From: a virus
Virus record (IMG/VR): IMGVR_UViG_3300033148_001052
Span: 1 to 56,684 of that record
DNA: 56,684 bases
Reading direction: 5' to 3' (one strand)
Shown: positions 31,687 through 42,229 of the stretch, piece by piece
How positions within the stretch are numbered: the first letter of the stretch is position 1
Layout of the letters: every line of letters begins with the position of its first letter
The notes under the pieces: generated by a model
The model's input: only the letters and a program-made list of their open reading frames with translations
Database searches by the model: none
Told to the model about the DNA's origin: nothing
Translations under genes and position numbers: made by a program

Positions 31687-32201
31687 AATCTTTTAATTCT
31701 TCCTTCATCAACCCAAGCCTGTACAATAAAAGCCTCACGATTCCAATCATGTGAAGTGTATGGCATCTCATCGGTATACCTATTCTTGGTTTTACCAAAG
31801 TCAAATCCCACCAAAGTAATATCAGTTTCTTCCATGATATTAATCAACCACCAGATAGTCACAAACCCAATAGACGGTTTCATCTGACTACCGAATTCCT
31901 TCCTCATCAATTGATAATTCCTTTCAGAAATAAACGTAGTGTTAGGATACCATTCACTAGGCATCTGACTCATCCTATGCTTACTCTCTCCGTTCAACCT
32001 CCATATCTCAGGTGTACCAGCGTTGCTGTAGTGATGCCTAAGCTTCTCTCCATGCCTTAGTAAAGCATCCACCCATACATCTGTACGCCCCTTGTCTCTG
32101 AGGGCCCAATTGAATCTGACAATAGTGTCATATACAGATTCGTCAAAGGATGTGGAAGTTTCTCCATTCCCGCACAGGAGTATTCTATTTGAGGAGGCCA
32201 A
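31683..32201 (-). CDS. Small Rossmann-like glycosyltransferase-like protein, paralogue A
   Basis: ILLCGNGETS..YDTIVRFN, KPSIGFVTIWWLINIMEETDITLVGFDFG, SHDWNRE. Ends in RIKRL like its neighbour (LIKRL). Confidence 0.4.
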   Translation of the reverse strand: MASSNRILLCGNGETSTSFDESVYDTIVRFNWALRDKGRTDVWVDALLRHGEKLRHHYSNAGTPEIWRLNGESKHRMSQMPSEWYPNTTFISERNYQLMRKEFGSQMKPSIGFVTIWWLINIMEETDITLVGFDFGKTKNRYTDEMPYTSHDWNREAFIVQAWVDEGRIKRL

Positions 32202-32349
32202 GCGTACTGAGCCTCCCTAATAGGGGAGGAGACATAGCCTCAGACGCTCTGTATTGCTCTGTGTTGGCTTTTCTCTCTTCCTTGAGGGGGTAGGTAGGGG
32301 TAGAGGGTGTAAAGAGCGTAGACAGCTCCTCATTAGAATAGCTATCCAT
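32185..32349 (-). CDS. Hypothetical small protein (54 aa)
   Basis: ATG 32349 shares a base with the stop of the 1242-aa gene (TAATG). The longer track ORF from 32379 is less likely. Confidence 0.35.
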   Translation of the reverse strand: MDSYSNEELSTLFTPSTPTYPLKEERKANTEQYRASEAMSPPLLGRLSTLGLLK

Positions 32350-35300
32350 TAAAAGAATGTGTCCTCTATCACTTCCCAAGCCCGTACACTAGCCCTTCCA
32401 GCAGCAGTGGACTTAGCGGCCTTCTTAGGATCACCTTCAATAGCTCCTTGTATAGTTTTATCATACATGTCAATAGGAATACCTAGGGTTTCACCTACAG
32501 CCTTACCTACACTACCAGCTTTAAGCTGATCTCTAACTCGTTCAGGCATACCAAAGGTCTTGCCCACATTCCTAGCTATACCAAAGCCAACATCAACAGG
32601 TGTCATTTCTTCTAAGGTACTATCCTTCCCCATTACATAAGCTTTTAACTCAGCAATAGCTAAACCACTTGACCCGAGGAGAGAAGTAATGTATAATAGA
32701 TTCTTAGTTCCTTCAGCAACATTACCTTTAGCAATATTATTAATAGCTTCATTTCTAATCATATCAACTTGTTTAAGCATAAATGATTTAAACATCCAAG
32801 CAGGTCTTAGATTAGGGTTCCTTAGATATTCTAAAGGAAGCTCAGATAAAGAGACAGGCTGTACTCTAGTAAGTTCAGAGAATAGATAGGTACGAACATT
32901 AGGAGATAATTTATTATTAGCTAAGTCTTCTACTAAGTCTGTAAACTCATCTCCATAAGCAGCTCCATATTTCTCATGCAACTTAGCAATACCCTTTTTG
33001 GTACGAGCTAATTTACCTCCCTTGTCCAATGCACCTTGGAGCATGACAGTTTTACCTAGATTATCTACTTGAGAGAATCCAAGCTTAAAGAGTTTCTGTG
33101 TAACCTTGTTAGTCCAACCACTAGATACAAATTCCTGAGAAGCATGGTTCATCAGTCCAGCTTGTTTAGCTGTAATGTCAGCTTTACCAGAAGCAATCTT
33201 AACCAAAGACCTGATAGTAGGCATTACACCATTAACATAATTACTAAGAGCTATATCACCTATCTGTGTAAGAGCAGGTTCAGGGCCACCAAGAGCACCT
33301 CCATACATTAGGTTACGAACACCAGAGATATATTCATTAGGAGATTGTTCACCCATACCAAACCTAGTGGTGATTAGTTCTGTCAGAGTACGTCTTTCAA
33401 TATCAGTGAGACTCTCATCTGCTAACAACTTACCAACACTACTGTCGAGATTCATAGCTTTAGTCTTAGGGTCTTTTACATAAGCAACCTTACCAAAGAA
33501 CTTAGCTTTCTCTATTTCAGAGACAGCATGTTCAATGTATGTATGTACTACATTAATAGGATCTTCATAATACTGGTGATGCCTGTCCATGACTTGAGCA
33601 ATCTTACGAGACTGCAAATGTCCGGGTCTACCTGTATAAGTAACACCGGCAGATTTAATAGTTTTGTTTAAGAAAGCATTGACAGCATCAGCTTCTTCCC
33701 AAGGAGTAGGAGTACGACCAAGGTCTTTCTTTAATTGAACTAAGATGGCCTCAAGTTCTGGCAGGTCTTTAGAGCCTAATGCTTTCTGGAACCCTGCCCT
33801 ATCTTTAATCATACGAGGGAAGTAATCTTCAATCAAACTAGCCTTACCAAGAACACCTTCTCTAACTTGGGTTGCTCCTAATTCATTCATAAGCTTCTTA
33901 ACTTCTAGTAAGCCTTGAATACCGTCCTTTCCTAAAGCTTTATTAACAACCTTAGAAGCTTCTACCCAATCAGAATTGATTAGATGTTTATGTATATCAT
34001 CTCTGACACTTTTCTCTAGCTTACCTAGTGAATGTAGGAAAGGGTCAACTCTCTCAATATAACTAGCAGTCTTCCATTTAGTAGAGCTTTCTAGTTCCTG
34101 TAGACGATGACCTACCCTAGGACTAATCTGTCTAATCTTAGTCATAATAGGTTGTGTGATTCTATCAATAGTTCCTTGTGCTGCTACACCATCAACTATA
34201 AGTTTAGCCTCATCAAGATTCTGAGCTAGAGAGATTTTACTAATACGACCAGCTTGTTTTCTAGCCTTATTCAAATCCTCTCCAAGAGTAGGATACTTAC
34301 CTCCCATCTCTTTGACAATATCCTCAGGAGCTTTACCAGCCAATACACCACGAGCATACTCACGCTCAATAGCACCCATAAACTGGTTAGCTTTAACAGT
34401 GGCTCTACCTTCTTTCCATGTAGCTAGTGAGTCATTGACTTTACCTCCCATCTTCCTAACCATCTTAGGAGCAAACATAGCAGCAAAACCTAGAATAGCA
34501 GCACTGTCTTGGTCAGCATCATTAGTGACAGCTAAGGTATAACCTACGCCACCACTAGCAATAGCTTCTAATAGCTCAGGACTAGCCTTACCAGCTTGCT
34601 TACCCATAGCCTTAGTCATAGCATCTTTCATAGCTGGAGAAGGAGTTACAGCAGGAGCATGTTTAGCAATCTGTTCGGCAGAACCTAAGTCATCTACTAT
34701 ACGTTGGTCAAATGCTTCATTGAACATACGTTCTGATTGAGCAGTCTTTCTAACTTCCTCAGATACGTCTTTACCCATCCACATCTTAGCCATCTCAAGA
34801 CGTTGTTGTTCAACACCTTGACGAACTAGAGCTTCCTTCTCTGCCCTAGTCATAGCATCTACATCTGCTTTATTCTTACCCATCCACTGTAAGAAATCAG
34901 CATACTCTTTGTCATCCTTAATAGCAGCCTTCATACTAGCACCAGCTTCCATGTCAGCTTTGGTCTGCATACGCTTAGAAAGTTTCTTAGGAACTAATCT
35001 GTCAATCACATCAACAGCAGTCTCACCGGTCTCTTTAACTATAGGAGACTTAGCCCACCCTGCATACAGATGATGAGCTTCCTTCAAAGCCAACAAATCA
35101 TCTGTTGATACAGCATGTTCAGCATTAATCTTTGCAGCTAATTTCTCAGCAGCCTCAACAACCTTAGGACTAATCTCAGCAGTAGGAGGAAAGCCCTTAG
35201 TCATAACAGAAAGAATATCAGACTCATTAACCTCAGGCATCTTAGAGAGTTCCATAGCTAATTCATCTAACTCTTTCCACTCATCCTTCTTCATCAAACC

Positions 35301-36077
35301 ATTAATAGTAGAAGCTAAGTCATCCACTTCTGTAGTGTCTTTGCCTACAAGTTGAAACTCATCCTTTAGCACTTTACTTAGTTCAGCATCAGAGAGTTTC
35401 TTACCACTAGAGAAATAATCCATTACCCATCCAACAGCCTTACCACTACCCAAGAAAGCAGCAGTAAGAACACCACCACCTACAACACCAGTGATAGCTT
35501 GTACCTGTCTGGTGGATAGCTCTGCTTGCATCCCTTCATTCATCCAGTCTTTGAGGGCACTCTCTTCCGGGGCATAGTCTAATGCACCAATAGCTCCAGA
35601 CGTAGCACCAACACCTAGGATTGTACCTAGCTTACCTAGCTTGGCTATCTTAGCTACAGGGAATGCAAGACCTACAGGCTCAACAAAGGCTCCTGTAATC
35701 TCTCCTCCAATAGCAGAAGCACCAAGCTCAGGATCTCCCCTAAGCTCTCTCATGTATTGCTCTTGCTTTTGTAGCTCCTCAGTGTCTCCACCAAACAGTT
35801 GTTCCATACCCCTAGACAAGCTAGTCATACCACTACCCATGCCTGTAAGGAAAGCGGCTGGTTTCTTACCAAGCTCAATGCCAGTGTCTACTGTGTAATC
35901 ACCAAACCCTACACGCACAGTGGTAGGGAGGCGTTCAGCTATAGCATCAGACTCAGAAGGAGCTGCTTCATAAACAACCTCTTGTGTTGTTGGTGTGCTG
36001 GGACTTACAGATATAGTGTCATCCCAAGAAGGGAGCACTTCTTCTGTTTCATCCCAAGAAGGGAGAATATCTGCCAT
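32349..36077 (-). CDS. Large internal-virion / ejection-type protein (1242 aa)
   Basis: Largest ORF, last large gene of the structural operon, helical and Ala/Lys/Glu-rich. No catalytic motif recognised. Confidence 0.5.
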   Translation of the reverse strand: MADILPSWDETEEVLPSWDDTISVSPSTPTTQEVVYEAAPSESDAIAERLPTTVRVGFGDYTVDTGIELGKKPAAFLTGMGSGMTSLSRGMEQLFGGDTEELQKQEQYMRELRGDPELGASAIGGEITGAFVEPVGLAFPVAKIAKLGKLGTILGVGATSGAIGALDYAPEESALKDWMNEGMQAELSTRQVQAITGVVGGGVLTAAFLGSGKAVGWVMDYFSSGKKLSDAELSKVLKDEFQLVGKDTTEVDDLASTINGLMKKDEWKELDELAMELSKMPEVNESDILSVMTKGFPPTAEISPKVVEAAEKLAAKINAEHAVSTDDLLALKEAHHLYAGWAKSPIVKETGETAVDVIDRLVPKKLSKRMQTKADMEAGASMKAAIKDDKEYADFLQWMGKNKADVDAMTRAEKEALVRQGVEQQRLEMAKMWMGKDVSEEVRKTAQSERMFNEAFDQRIVDDLGSAEQIAKHAPAVTPSPAMKDAMTKAMGKQAGKASPELLEAIASGGVGYTLAVTNDADQDSAAILGFAAMFAPKMVRKMGGKVNDSLATWKEGRATVKANQFMGAIEREYARGVLAGKAPEDIVKEMGGKYPTLGEDLNKARKQAGRISKISLAQNLDEAKLIVDGVAAQGTIDRITQPIMTKIRQISPRVGHRLQELESSTKWKTASYIERVDPFLHSLGKLEKSVRDDIHKHLINSDWVEASKVVNKALGKDGIQGLLEVKKLMNELGATQVREGVLGKASLIEDYFPRMIKDRAGFQKALGSKDLPELEAILVQLKKDLGRTPTPWEEADAVNAFLNKTIKSAGVTYTGRPGHLQSRKIAQVMDRHHQYYEDPINVVHTYIEHAVSEIEKAKFFGKVAYVKDPKTKAMNLDSSVGKLLADESLTDIERRTLTELITTRFGMGEQSPNEYISGVRNLMYGGALGGPEPALTQIGDIALSNYVNGVMPTIRSLVKIASGKADITAKQAGLMNHASQEFVSSGWTNKVTQKLFKLGFSQVDNLGKTVMLQGALDKGGKLARTKKGIAKLHEKYGAAYGDEFTDLVEDLANNKLSPNVRTYLFSELTRVQPVSLSELPLEYLRNPNLRPAWMFKSFMLKQVDMIRNEAINNIAKGNVAEGTKNLLYITSLLGSSGLAIAELKAYVMGKDSTLEEMTPVDVGFGIARNVGKTFGMPERVRDQLKAGSVGKAVGETLGIPIDMYDKTIQGAIEGDPKKAAKSTAAGRASVRAWEVIEDTFF

Positions 36078-37249
36078 TATAGTTTACCTAAGTTCTTCTT
36101 AGTTACAGGATCAAACTTATATTTAATCCCATTAATCTCTCTTACCACAGGCTCTTGAGCTGCACTAGGTTGAGGTGTTGCTCCCTTAGGAGGTTCAATC
36201 AAACCAGAACCTAATCCAAAGAATCCACCTTTATCTAGTTTACGGGCAGCTACAAGTTCTCTCATCTTAGCTTTAACACCTTCAAAGTAGTTTCCTCCCT
36301 TCATACTAAGAGGCTCTGAGATTGCTGTTGTAACAAGGTCTTCACGTTTAATAGCTTCAACAAGTTTAGCTGCATCAGGGTCATCACTATCTTCAAGGGC
36401 ATCTACCCACGCTTTAAGACTAACAGTAGCTTCAGTTCTCTGTGCTTCTGTGATAGGTTGAGTTACAGGAGGACTTACCCCTCTGCTACCAGCTTTACGC
36501 TCATCATCAGAGGCTCTACGAGTACGAGTACCCTCAGGAGTTTTTATCCACCCGTCATCTAAGAAGATGAGTTTATCTCCTGCTTTATTATAACCTACAT
36601 CAACTAGATCATCTTTGTATGGGCCTTCTGTAACAATATATTTATCAGAGAGAGGAAATATTTTATCTTCTTTCTTACCAAGGAAATCTATTGTAGCCTC
36701 AGCAGGTGCTCTACCAGCAAAGCTAACTTCAGCTTTCTTAGCTGCATCAGTCTTCCTAGCTAGTTCCACATGCTTATTAGGATTGTAACCTAAGGCTGCA
36801 AACATAACATGATTTGGCTTTGGGGTTTCTCCTAGGTTTGTGTAATAAGCATCATACTTAGGGTCGTTAGGATCTACTTCCTTACCATCCTCGAAATGTG
36901 TATCAAGCCATTTAGTTATTGCCTCATCAGAATCTAACTCTACTATTTCTTTTTGGTATTTAGCAGCGAACTGAGCGCGTATCTCATCATTCTTAATGCC
37001 TTTTGTAGCATACTGAGCTAGTTCATCGGGCTTACCTCCCATCATATACTTAGTGGCTACAGCTCTAATCTGCTTCTGCTTAGTAGAGGTGTCAATATCA
37101 GATCCAATCTGTTTTAGTTTAGCAGCAGACCTAGATGCTTTAGCTAACTTCTGGTTGTCTCTATAATCTTTCTGCTTCTCTGCATACCGTACATTAGTAC
37201 GCTCAACAAAACCTGTAGCAAACTCAGTCCAAGGATTCATCTTAGCCAT
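36077..37249 (-). CDS. Virion-associated protein (390 aa)
   Basis: ORF track, coupled starts and stops. Confidence 0.55.
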   Translation of the reverse strand: MAKMNPWTEFATGFVERTNVRYAEKQKDYRDNQKLAKASRSAAKLKQIGSDIDTSTKQKQIRAVATKYMMGGKPDELAQYATKGIKNDEIRAQFAAKYQKEIVELDSDEAITKWLDTHFEDGKEVDPNDPKYDAYYTNLGETPKPNHVMFAALGYNPNKHVELARKTDAAKKAEVSFAGRAPAEATIDFLGKKEDKIFPLSDKYIVTEGPYKDDLVDVGYNKAGDKLIFLDDGWIKTPEGTRTRRASDDERKAGSRGVSPPVTQPITEAQRTEATVSLKAWVDALEDSDDPDAAKLVEAIKREDLVTTAISEPLSMKGGNYFEGVKAKMRELVAARKLDKGGFFGLGSGLIEPPKGATPQPSAAQEPVVREINGIKYKFDPVTKKNLGKL

Positions 37250-37737
37250 TACACACCACCTTTCATTGGAGCCATAAGACCTTCAGGCTTCTCTTCAATA
37301 ATGTTCTCAGGAACTTTTTCCTGTGTCTTCTTAATAAAGTCTAACTGCTCTTCTGCTGAACGAGCAAGTTCCTCGTCTATAATCACAGGCTCAAAGTCAA
37401 ACTCTTTAGCAATAGCAATAATCATAAGAGCTGTAGGCTCCATCAATGACAACACTAGGTCAGGAGTCCATAGCCCTTCTCGAAACCCTTGCTTAACCAC
37501 CATACTAGCAATCTTAGATACAGGCATACCATTCTCTACAAGAGTAAGGAGTTCCCCTATAATGCTAGGGTCAATGAGCCTCTCAAAGATGATTTCTCTA
37601 GCCTCAGTAACATCCATAATCTCAGGGGGAGTTTCCCAAGGCTGAGGATTCTCAGGGTCTTGTGTTAGTCCTTGTCCCGGAATAGGTGCATTAAGAGAAT
37701 CTGCTACTACTTGGTCTTTAGTATCTTCTAGTGCCAT
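37249..37737 (-). CDS. Hypothetical structural-module protein (162 aa)
   Basis: ORF track. Confidence 0.55.
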   Translation of the reverse strand: MALEDTKDQVVADSLNAPIPGQGLTQDPENPQPWETPPEIMDVTEAREIIFERLIDPSIIGELLTLVENGMPVSKIASMVVKQGFREGLWTPDLVLSLMEPTALMIIAIAKEFDFEPVIIDEELARSAEEQLDFIKKTQEKVPENIIEEKPEGLMAPMKGGV

Positions 37738-38827
37738 AACTTATATCCTGTTGTTGTCTCTTCAAGAACCCTGTAGGTTCCTCTTCTATTTCTACAGCCT
37801 GTATAGGTGTAGCAGCAGCTTCTTGTAACTCTTTACCTGTCTGTCTTTTGAATGCCTGAGCATACTTGAAATAAGGGTCAGGGTCTTCATCCATCTCATA
37901 CTGCTCTCTATCAGGCCATGCTATATCAATCTTACCCTCTAGACCTTCCCCTGCTTCCTCGTCTTGTTCAGCTACCTGAGTGGTTTCTTTCATAGCCTCT
38001 TCACCCTCAGTACCTAAGTCAAAGGTAGGGAGGTCTAGTCCAAAGTCTACATCACCAAAGTCAGCTAAGGATAAATCAAGGTCTACACCACCCAAGCTAA
38101 ACTCAGGGTCTTGTAATCCTAAGTCTAGTCCATCCATACTAATGTCTATTCCTAAGTCAGGCACTAGTTCCCCTAGAGGAGCTTGCCCTAGTAGGTCTAG
38201 TGCTTGGTCTGTAAGGAACTTATCTGGGTCAGCAGACAATCCTTCTACGAATGTAAAGGATTCATAAGCATCCTTAGCTTCTGCTGCTAATTCGGGAGAC
38301 ACAGAAGGGATGGCCGTGTCAAGAAGGAAGCCTACAGGATTATCTTGTAGCTGCTCTATACCATCCAATATCTCCTCTACTTCTCTGTACGCCTCCGCAG
38401 CTTCTACAGCAGTCATATAGGTTTCAGTTTCCATTATAGCCTTAACTGCTGGGATGGATTCTGCATAGGCAGTAGCACCACTCATCATACTACTAGCAGC
38501 AGTCCCTAATAGAGCTGTGAAATAAGCTTTAATAACTACAGTTACTACAGCAGCAAAAGCATCCGAATGGATAACATCAGCAGCACTGTCTAGTGTATTG
38601 ATTACAGCAGTACCTATAAAGTCAGCAGGTTTCTCTAGAGCTTCTGTTACACTACCAAATGTATCCTCTGCAAATTCTACAGCAGTATCAAACGTAGCTG
38701 TTCCTACATCAGCTATACTACCTATAGTATCTGCTTCAAAGTCAGCTACGCTGCCTGTAGTATCAGCTACAAAGTCAGAGGCACTACCAAGAGTATCATC
38801 AATGAAATCATTTACTGAACCTCCCAT
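37718..38827 (-). CDS. Acidic repeat protein (369 aa)
   Basis: N-terminal repeats DDTLGSASDFVADTTGSVADFEADTIGSIADV. Strongly Asp/Glu-rich. Confidence 0.55.
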   Translation of the reverse strand: MGGSVNDFIDDTLGSASDFVADTTGSVADFEADTIGSIADVGTATFDTAVEFAEDTFGSVTEALEKPADFIGTAVINTLDSAADVIHSDAFAAVVTVVIKAYFTALLGTAASSMMSGATAYAESIPAVKAIMETETYMTAVEAAEAYREVEEILDGIEQLQDNPVGFLLDTAIPSVSPELAAEAKDAYESFTFVEGLSADPDKFLTDQALDLLGQAPLGELVPDLGIDISMDGLDLGLQDPEFSLGGVDLDLSLADFGDVDFGLDLPTFDLGTEGEEAMKETTQVAEQDEEAGEGLEGKIDIAWPDREQYEMDEDPDPYFKYAQAFKRQTGKELQEAAATPIQAVEIEEEPTGFLKRQQQDISYGTRRY

Positions 38828-38994
38828 TAGCTAAAGAATGCCTCAGCTAAAGGCCCACCAAGTTTCTTAGCCAGAGTTCTTTCTATAGCTCTCTCTCCTT
38901 TACGAGTGGGGATGGCCTTATACATCTTAGCAATACGTTCAGAGGTATCTCGTTCTACGTTATTAAATACAGCTTTGTTTGTTTTACGTTTCAT
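38827..38994 (-). CDS. Small basic protein (55 aa; below the ORF-track cutoff)
   Basis: AGGAGAG Shine-Dalgarno site before ATG 38994. The stop shares a base with the next ATG (TAATG). Confidence 0.5.
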   Translation of the reverse strand: MKRKTNKAVFNNVERDTSERIAKMYKAIPTRKGERAIERTLAKKLGGPLAEAFFS

Positions 38995-39003
38995 ACTACT
39001 CTC

Positions 39004-40404
39004 CTAAATATACTCTGTAATAGTCTTAGTTATAGTAGTGACAGGGAATGCACTGGTGGCCCAAGCTTCAAACAAATCACTTCCCATAGTACCAAGAGCT
39101 TTATACAGAGCAGCATCTCTAGCCGCATCAGCTTCTTGGTTTCCTATCATAAGCTGGTGAGCACGATTAAGTTCTGCTTCACTGCTCTCTTGAGACCATA
39201 GAGCTTCATCACGTAGCTCTTGCCATAGGAATGTAAGGGCTTGGTTAGATAGATTGAAAGCATTCTGTACGTTAGCTTGGTTAGCTTGGTTGATGCCAGC
39301 AGTGTCAGCTAGGTTCATATTCCTACGCCAATCTACATTACTCTGTTCTAGCACCAAAGCATTCTGAGCATTGAATTGATTACGTTGAGTCTCTAGACCA
39401 GCATTAAACTTGTCTACATCAATTGTATTAGTTGTGTTGTATTGACTCATAGCATCTGTACGAGAAGCATTCTGCATTTCAATGTTAGCAGCCATACTAG
39501 CAAAGAACTGGTCTGTCTGGTTCTGACTTGTAGCATTGAATTGCCTAGCAGCATTCTCAGCACTCTGGTCTGACATGAGAGCTTGTTGTTTAGCCTGATA
39601 ACTAATCACTGTAGCTGCTTGTTCATTACTAAGATTAACCAAGTCCATCTGCATGAAGCTCTTAGCATTCTCAACAGCAGCCACCTGCCTATTGTTAAGA
39701 TTGGTCATATCCATGTTAGCCATATTAGCAGCATTGAATAAGATTTCTTTGTTCTTGTTATTTAGATTAGTAAGAAACACTTGATGTTCAGCAGCAGCAT
39801 CAGCTGAGGCAATAGGCATAGCACTAGAGATGATGGCATTGTATAGAGAGTCCCTAGCCACTGTGCTATTACTGAATCCTCTAGCAGCCAACATGTTCTC
39901 TACTTCTGTTACAGCAGGTCTAGCCCATGAAGGTGTTTCTCCATTAGGACTATCAGCAAAGAGAATATCAAGCTGTCCTCTTACTGTAGCCTTAGCTGTA
40001 AGCTCACGCTCTACAGCAACAGCCGTAGCACCAGCAGACAACACACCTTGCTCTGCAATAATCTGAGCTTGTGTTGAGAGGGAGCCTGTAGCACCAGCCA
40101 TAGTATCTACAGCATCAGAGACACTAACAGCATCTACTACAGCAGCTTGTGTGGGTGTCTGTACATCAACCTGTACAGCCTCAGGTACTACAGCAGGTTG
40201 AGCTATCTGTGTTTCTTCTACTACTTGTCCTGTACCCTCTGCAATCTCACCGGCAGCTACAGCCTCAGCACCTACAGCTTCTTCTACTGTGGTGTATTCT
40301 TGTGTGGTGGCAGGTGTAAGGGCAGGAGCTACAGCTTGTTCCTGTACTAGAGACTCTGTTGGGTCTGTGGTGATTGTTGGGTCTGCATATGTAGGTGTTG
40401 CCAT
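39004..40404 (-). CDS. Virion protein (466 aa) with an Ala/Thr/Val/Gln-rich N-terminus and an Asn/Gln-rich helical C-terminus
   Basis: ORF track. Confidence 0.55.
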   Translation of the reverse strand: MATPTYADPTITTDPTESLVQEQAVAPALTPATTQEYTTVEEAVGAEAVAAGEIAEGTGQVVEETQIAQPAVVPEAVQVDVQTPTQAAVVDAVSVSDAVDTMAGATGSLSTQAQIIAEQGVLSAGATAVAVERELTAKATVRGQLDILFADSPNGETPSWARPAVTEVENMLAARGFSNSTVARDSLYNAIISSAMPIASADAAAEHQVFLTNLNNKNKEILFNAANMANMDMTNLNNRQVAAVENAKSFMQMDLVNLSNEQAATVISYQAKQQALMSDQSAENAARQFNATSQNQTDQFFASMAANIEMQNASRTDAMSQYNTTNTIDVDKFNAGLETQRNQFNAQNALVLEQSNVDWRRNMNLADTAGINQANQANVQNAFNLSNQALTFLWQELRDEALWSQESSEAELNRAHQLMIGNQEADAARDAALYKALGTMGSDLFEAWATSAFPVTTITKTITEYI

Positions 40405-40408
40405 GTTT

Positions 40409-40702
40409 TTATCCTATATCTCGTTCAATTAAGTATGATACAACCCTACCACCATACTTCTTTAGAATTGTTTCGGGGTTTCTCTTAGTAGCGCATCTCA
40501 TCTTAGAACATCCTAGTTCCTTTGCTTTATTTGTAGTCCATTCATCCCAATACCTTCCATCACCATACACTTGAATTGCAATGAAGACATCATCAACCAC
40601 TCTCCATACAACAAAGCCATGCTCATTCTCTTCTAGCTCCCCGTCTATGATGGTGGTATCTCCTGACCTAGCTAGATAATCTTCTACCCATTCTTCTTTC
40701 AT
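40409..40702 (-). CDS. Hypothetical protein (97 aa)
   Basis: ORF track. Any resemblance to a GNAT C-terminal half is weak. Confidence 0.5.
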   Translation of the reverse strand: MKEEWVEDYLARSGDTTIIDGELEENEHGFVVWRVVDDVFIAIQVYGDGRYWDEWTTNKAKELGCSKMRCATKRNPETILKKYGGRVVSYLIERDIG

Positions 40703-41478
40703 TAGTTATCCTCAACCCAACCAAAGTAAGACATAGAAACAAAACTAGCTCCTGTTGTCTCTGCCTCGCCTTTAACTATAGCAAACTCACCAACAGGGAG
40801 AGGAGGGTCAAAGGAACCATAAACAGAATTATCTTGAGTAACTATAGTACCTTGAGGGAAATGAATATCCCCACCATTAATAATCTCTCCATCAATAGAG
40901 TTTGTAGCTATACGAATGATGGCACGTTTAGATGCACCAGAAGCAGAGCCACCAATAGCAGAGGTGATGTATAAGGTTTTACCAGCAGGAACCATTCGTA
41001 ATGTAGAGGCACATCTATTAGAACCTGCTGGGAGATAGGCATAGGTTATTGTACCTCCAGTATCCATAACACTAATATCCCCCACTGCATCTATTCCAGA
41101 CCATACATGGGTACATTGAACAAATCTAATATCAGTGGCTATAGTGTCTACAGGAGTGGTTCCATCTAGCTGTACCATCTCTTCCTGAGAATCTCCATTT
41201 GCATCTAGGTAATGTATAATTATTTCTTTTGTGCCTGTGCCTAAACTATAACTATCCACAGTAGAGGAAGATACTATCTCCATTTGTATTCCTGTAGCTG
41301 CTGGAACAGGTTGTACTGCTGTTGGCCCCGGCCATATATCTTCTTTAGCAGCTCCAGCTATAGCTCTCTCACCAAACCCTGAGAATAACTGTGCTCCAGC
41401 TATTTGATTCCTAGCTACCTGAGTTTTATAGTCTATCTCTTGAGGGACAGACTCTTGGTTAAACCTACGATTATACAT
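40702..41478 (-). CDS. Hypothetical structural protein (258 aa)
   Basis: ORF track, ATGA-type coupling. Confidence 0.55.
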   Translation of the reverse strand: MYNRRFNQESVPQEIDYKTQVARNQIAGAQLFSGFGERAIAGAAKEDIWPGPTAVQPVPAATGIQMEIVSSSTVDSYSLGTGTKEIIIHYLDANGDSQEEMVQLDGTTPVDTIATDIRFVQCTHVWSGIDAVGDISVMDTGGTITYAYLPAGSNRCASTLRMVPAGKTLYITSAIGGSASGASKRAIIRIATNSIDGEIINGGDIHFPQGTIVTQDNSVYGSFDPPLPVGEFAIVKGEAETTGASFVSMSYFGWVEDN

Positions 41479-41800
41479 CAGACTTAGAATAGAATTGAAG
41501 GGTGACTAGTACACCACCATTAGAAATAATATGAATAATGGTTGTCTCTCCTACATATCTAATTAAAGGATTAAGTTCTCCACCAGCTTCACTGATTGTA
41601 CTAGTGGGTATAGCAGCGGTAGTGTCATAGTTCACAAAGATGTCACCAGTGGCAGCAAAGATACAGAAGTCTGTATTAGCTGGTACTGTAACAGTTTGTT
41701 CTACACCTGCTGATAGATGACCACTGTAGATAGTATCAGAAGGATAGAGAGCTTCTGTATCTCCTAGTCTTCCTGCTGCTATTGTCTCAAAGGGGTTCAT
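41471..41800 (-). CDS. Hypothetical structural protein (109 aa)
   Basis: ORF track. Confidence 0.55.
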   Translation of the reverse strand: MNPFETIAAGRLGDTEALYPSDTIYSGHLSAGVEQTVTVPANTDFCIFAATGDIFVNYDTTAAIPTSTISEAGGELNPLIRYVGETTIIHIISNGGVLVTLQFYSKSDV

Positions 41801-42220
41801 CTATTTCATCTTCCTTATTTTTTCCATACTTCTACCACCAAAGTAGAAAGCAAAGGCTACCAATAGGAGAGTATTAAATAGTTCTATATAACTAACACCT
41901 ACACTAAACTCGCCCACATTACCATCTGTGACAGACAGTACACTAACAACAGCAAGTAAGAAGATAAGAGAAGCAGGACGGATGTTCTTGGAAAGCTTAC
42001 TATCAGACTGCATATCCGCTTGATGCCTACTAGTAATTTCTTTCTCCATCTTAACATCAATCTCATCCTCCTTAGCTTTAGCGTCTGCTTGTATCTTAAC
42101 TAAAGCGTTCCTAAGAACTAATTTCTCTTCTGCATTAGTGACGTTCTTATCAATAGCATTACCAATACTATCTACTACAGCTCCTACGCTACTACTAAAT
42201 AACTCTCCAATCCAACTCAT
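41801..42220 (-). CDS. Holin-like membrane protein (139 aa)
   Basis: Soluble helical N-terminus then hydrophobic helices (ASLIFLLAVVSVLSV, LLLVAFAFYFGG), directly downstream of the peptidase. Resembles GTA-type 3-TM holins from memory. Confidence 0.45.
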   Translation of the reverse strand: MSWIGELFSSSVGAVVDSIGNAIDKNVTNAEEKLVLRNALVKIQADAKAKEDEIDVKMEKEITSRHQADMQSDSKLSKNIRPASLIFLLAVVSVLSVTDGNVGEFSVGVSYIELFNTLLLVAFAFYFGGRSMEKIRKMK

Positions 42221-42229
42221 CTCTTTCTC

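Noticed and set aside
32350-32379. Longer version of the 64-aa ORF starting at 32379
   Set aside because: It would overlap the end of the 1242-aa gene by 31 nt. The internal ATG at 32349 forms the TAATG coupling used throughout this operon.
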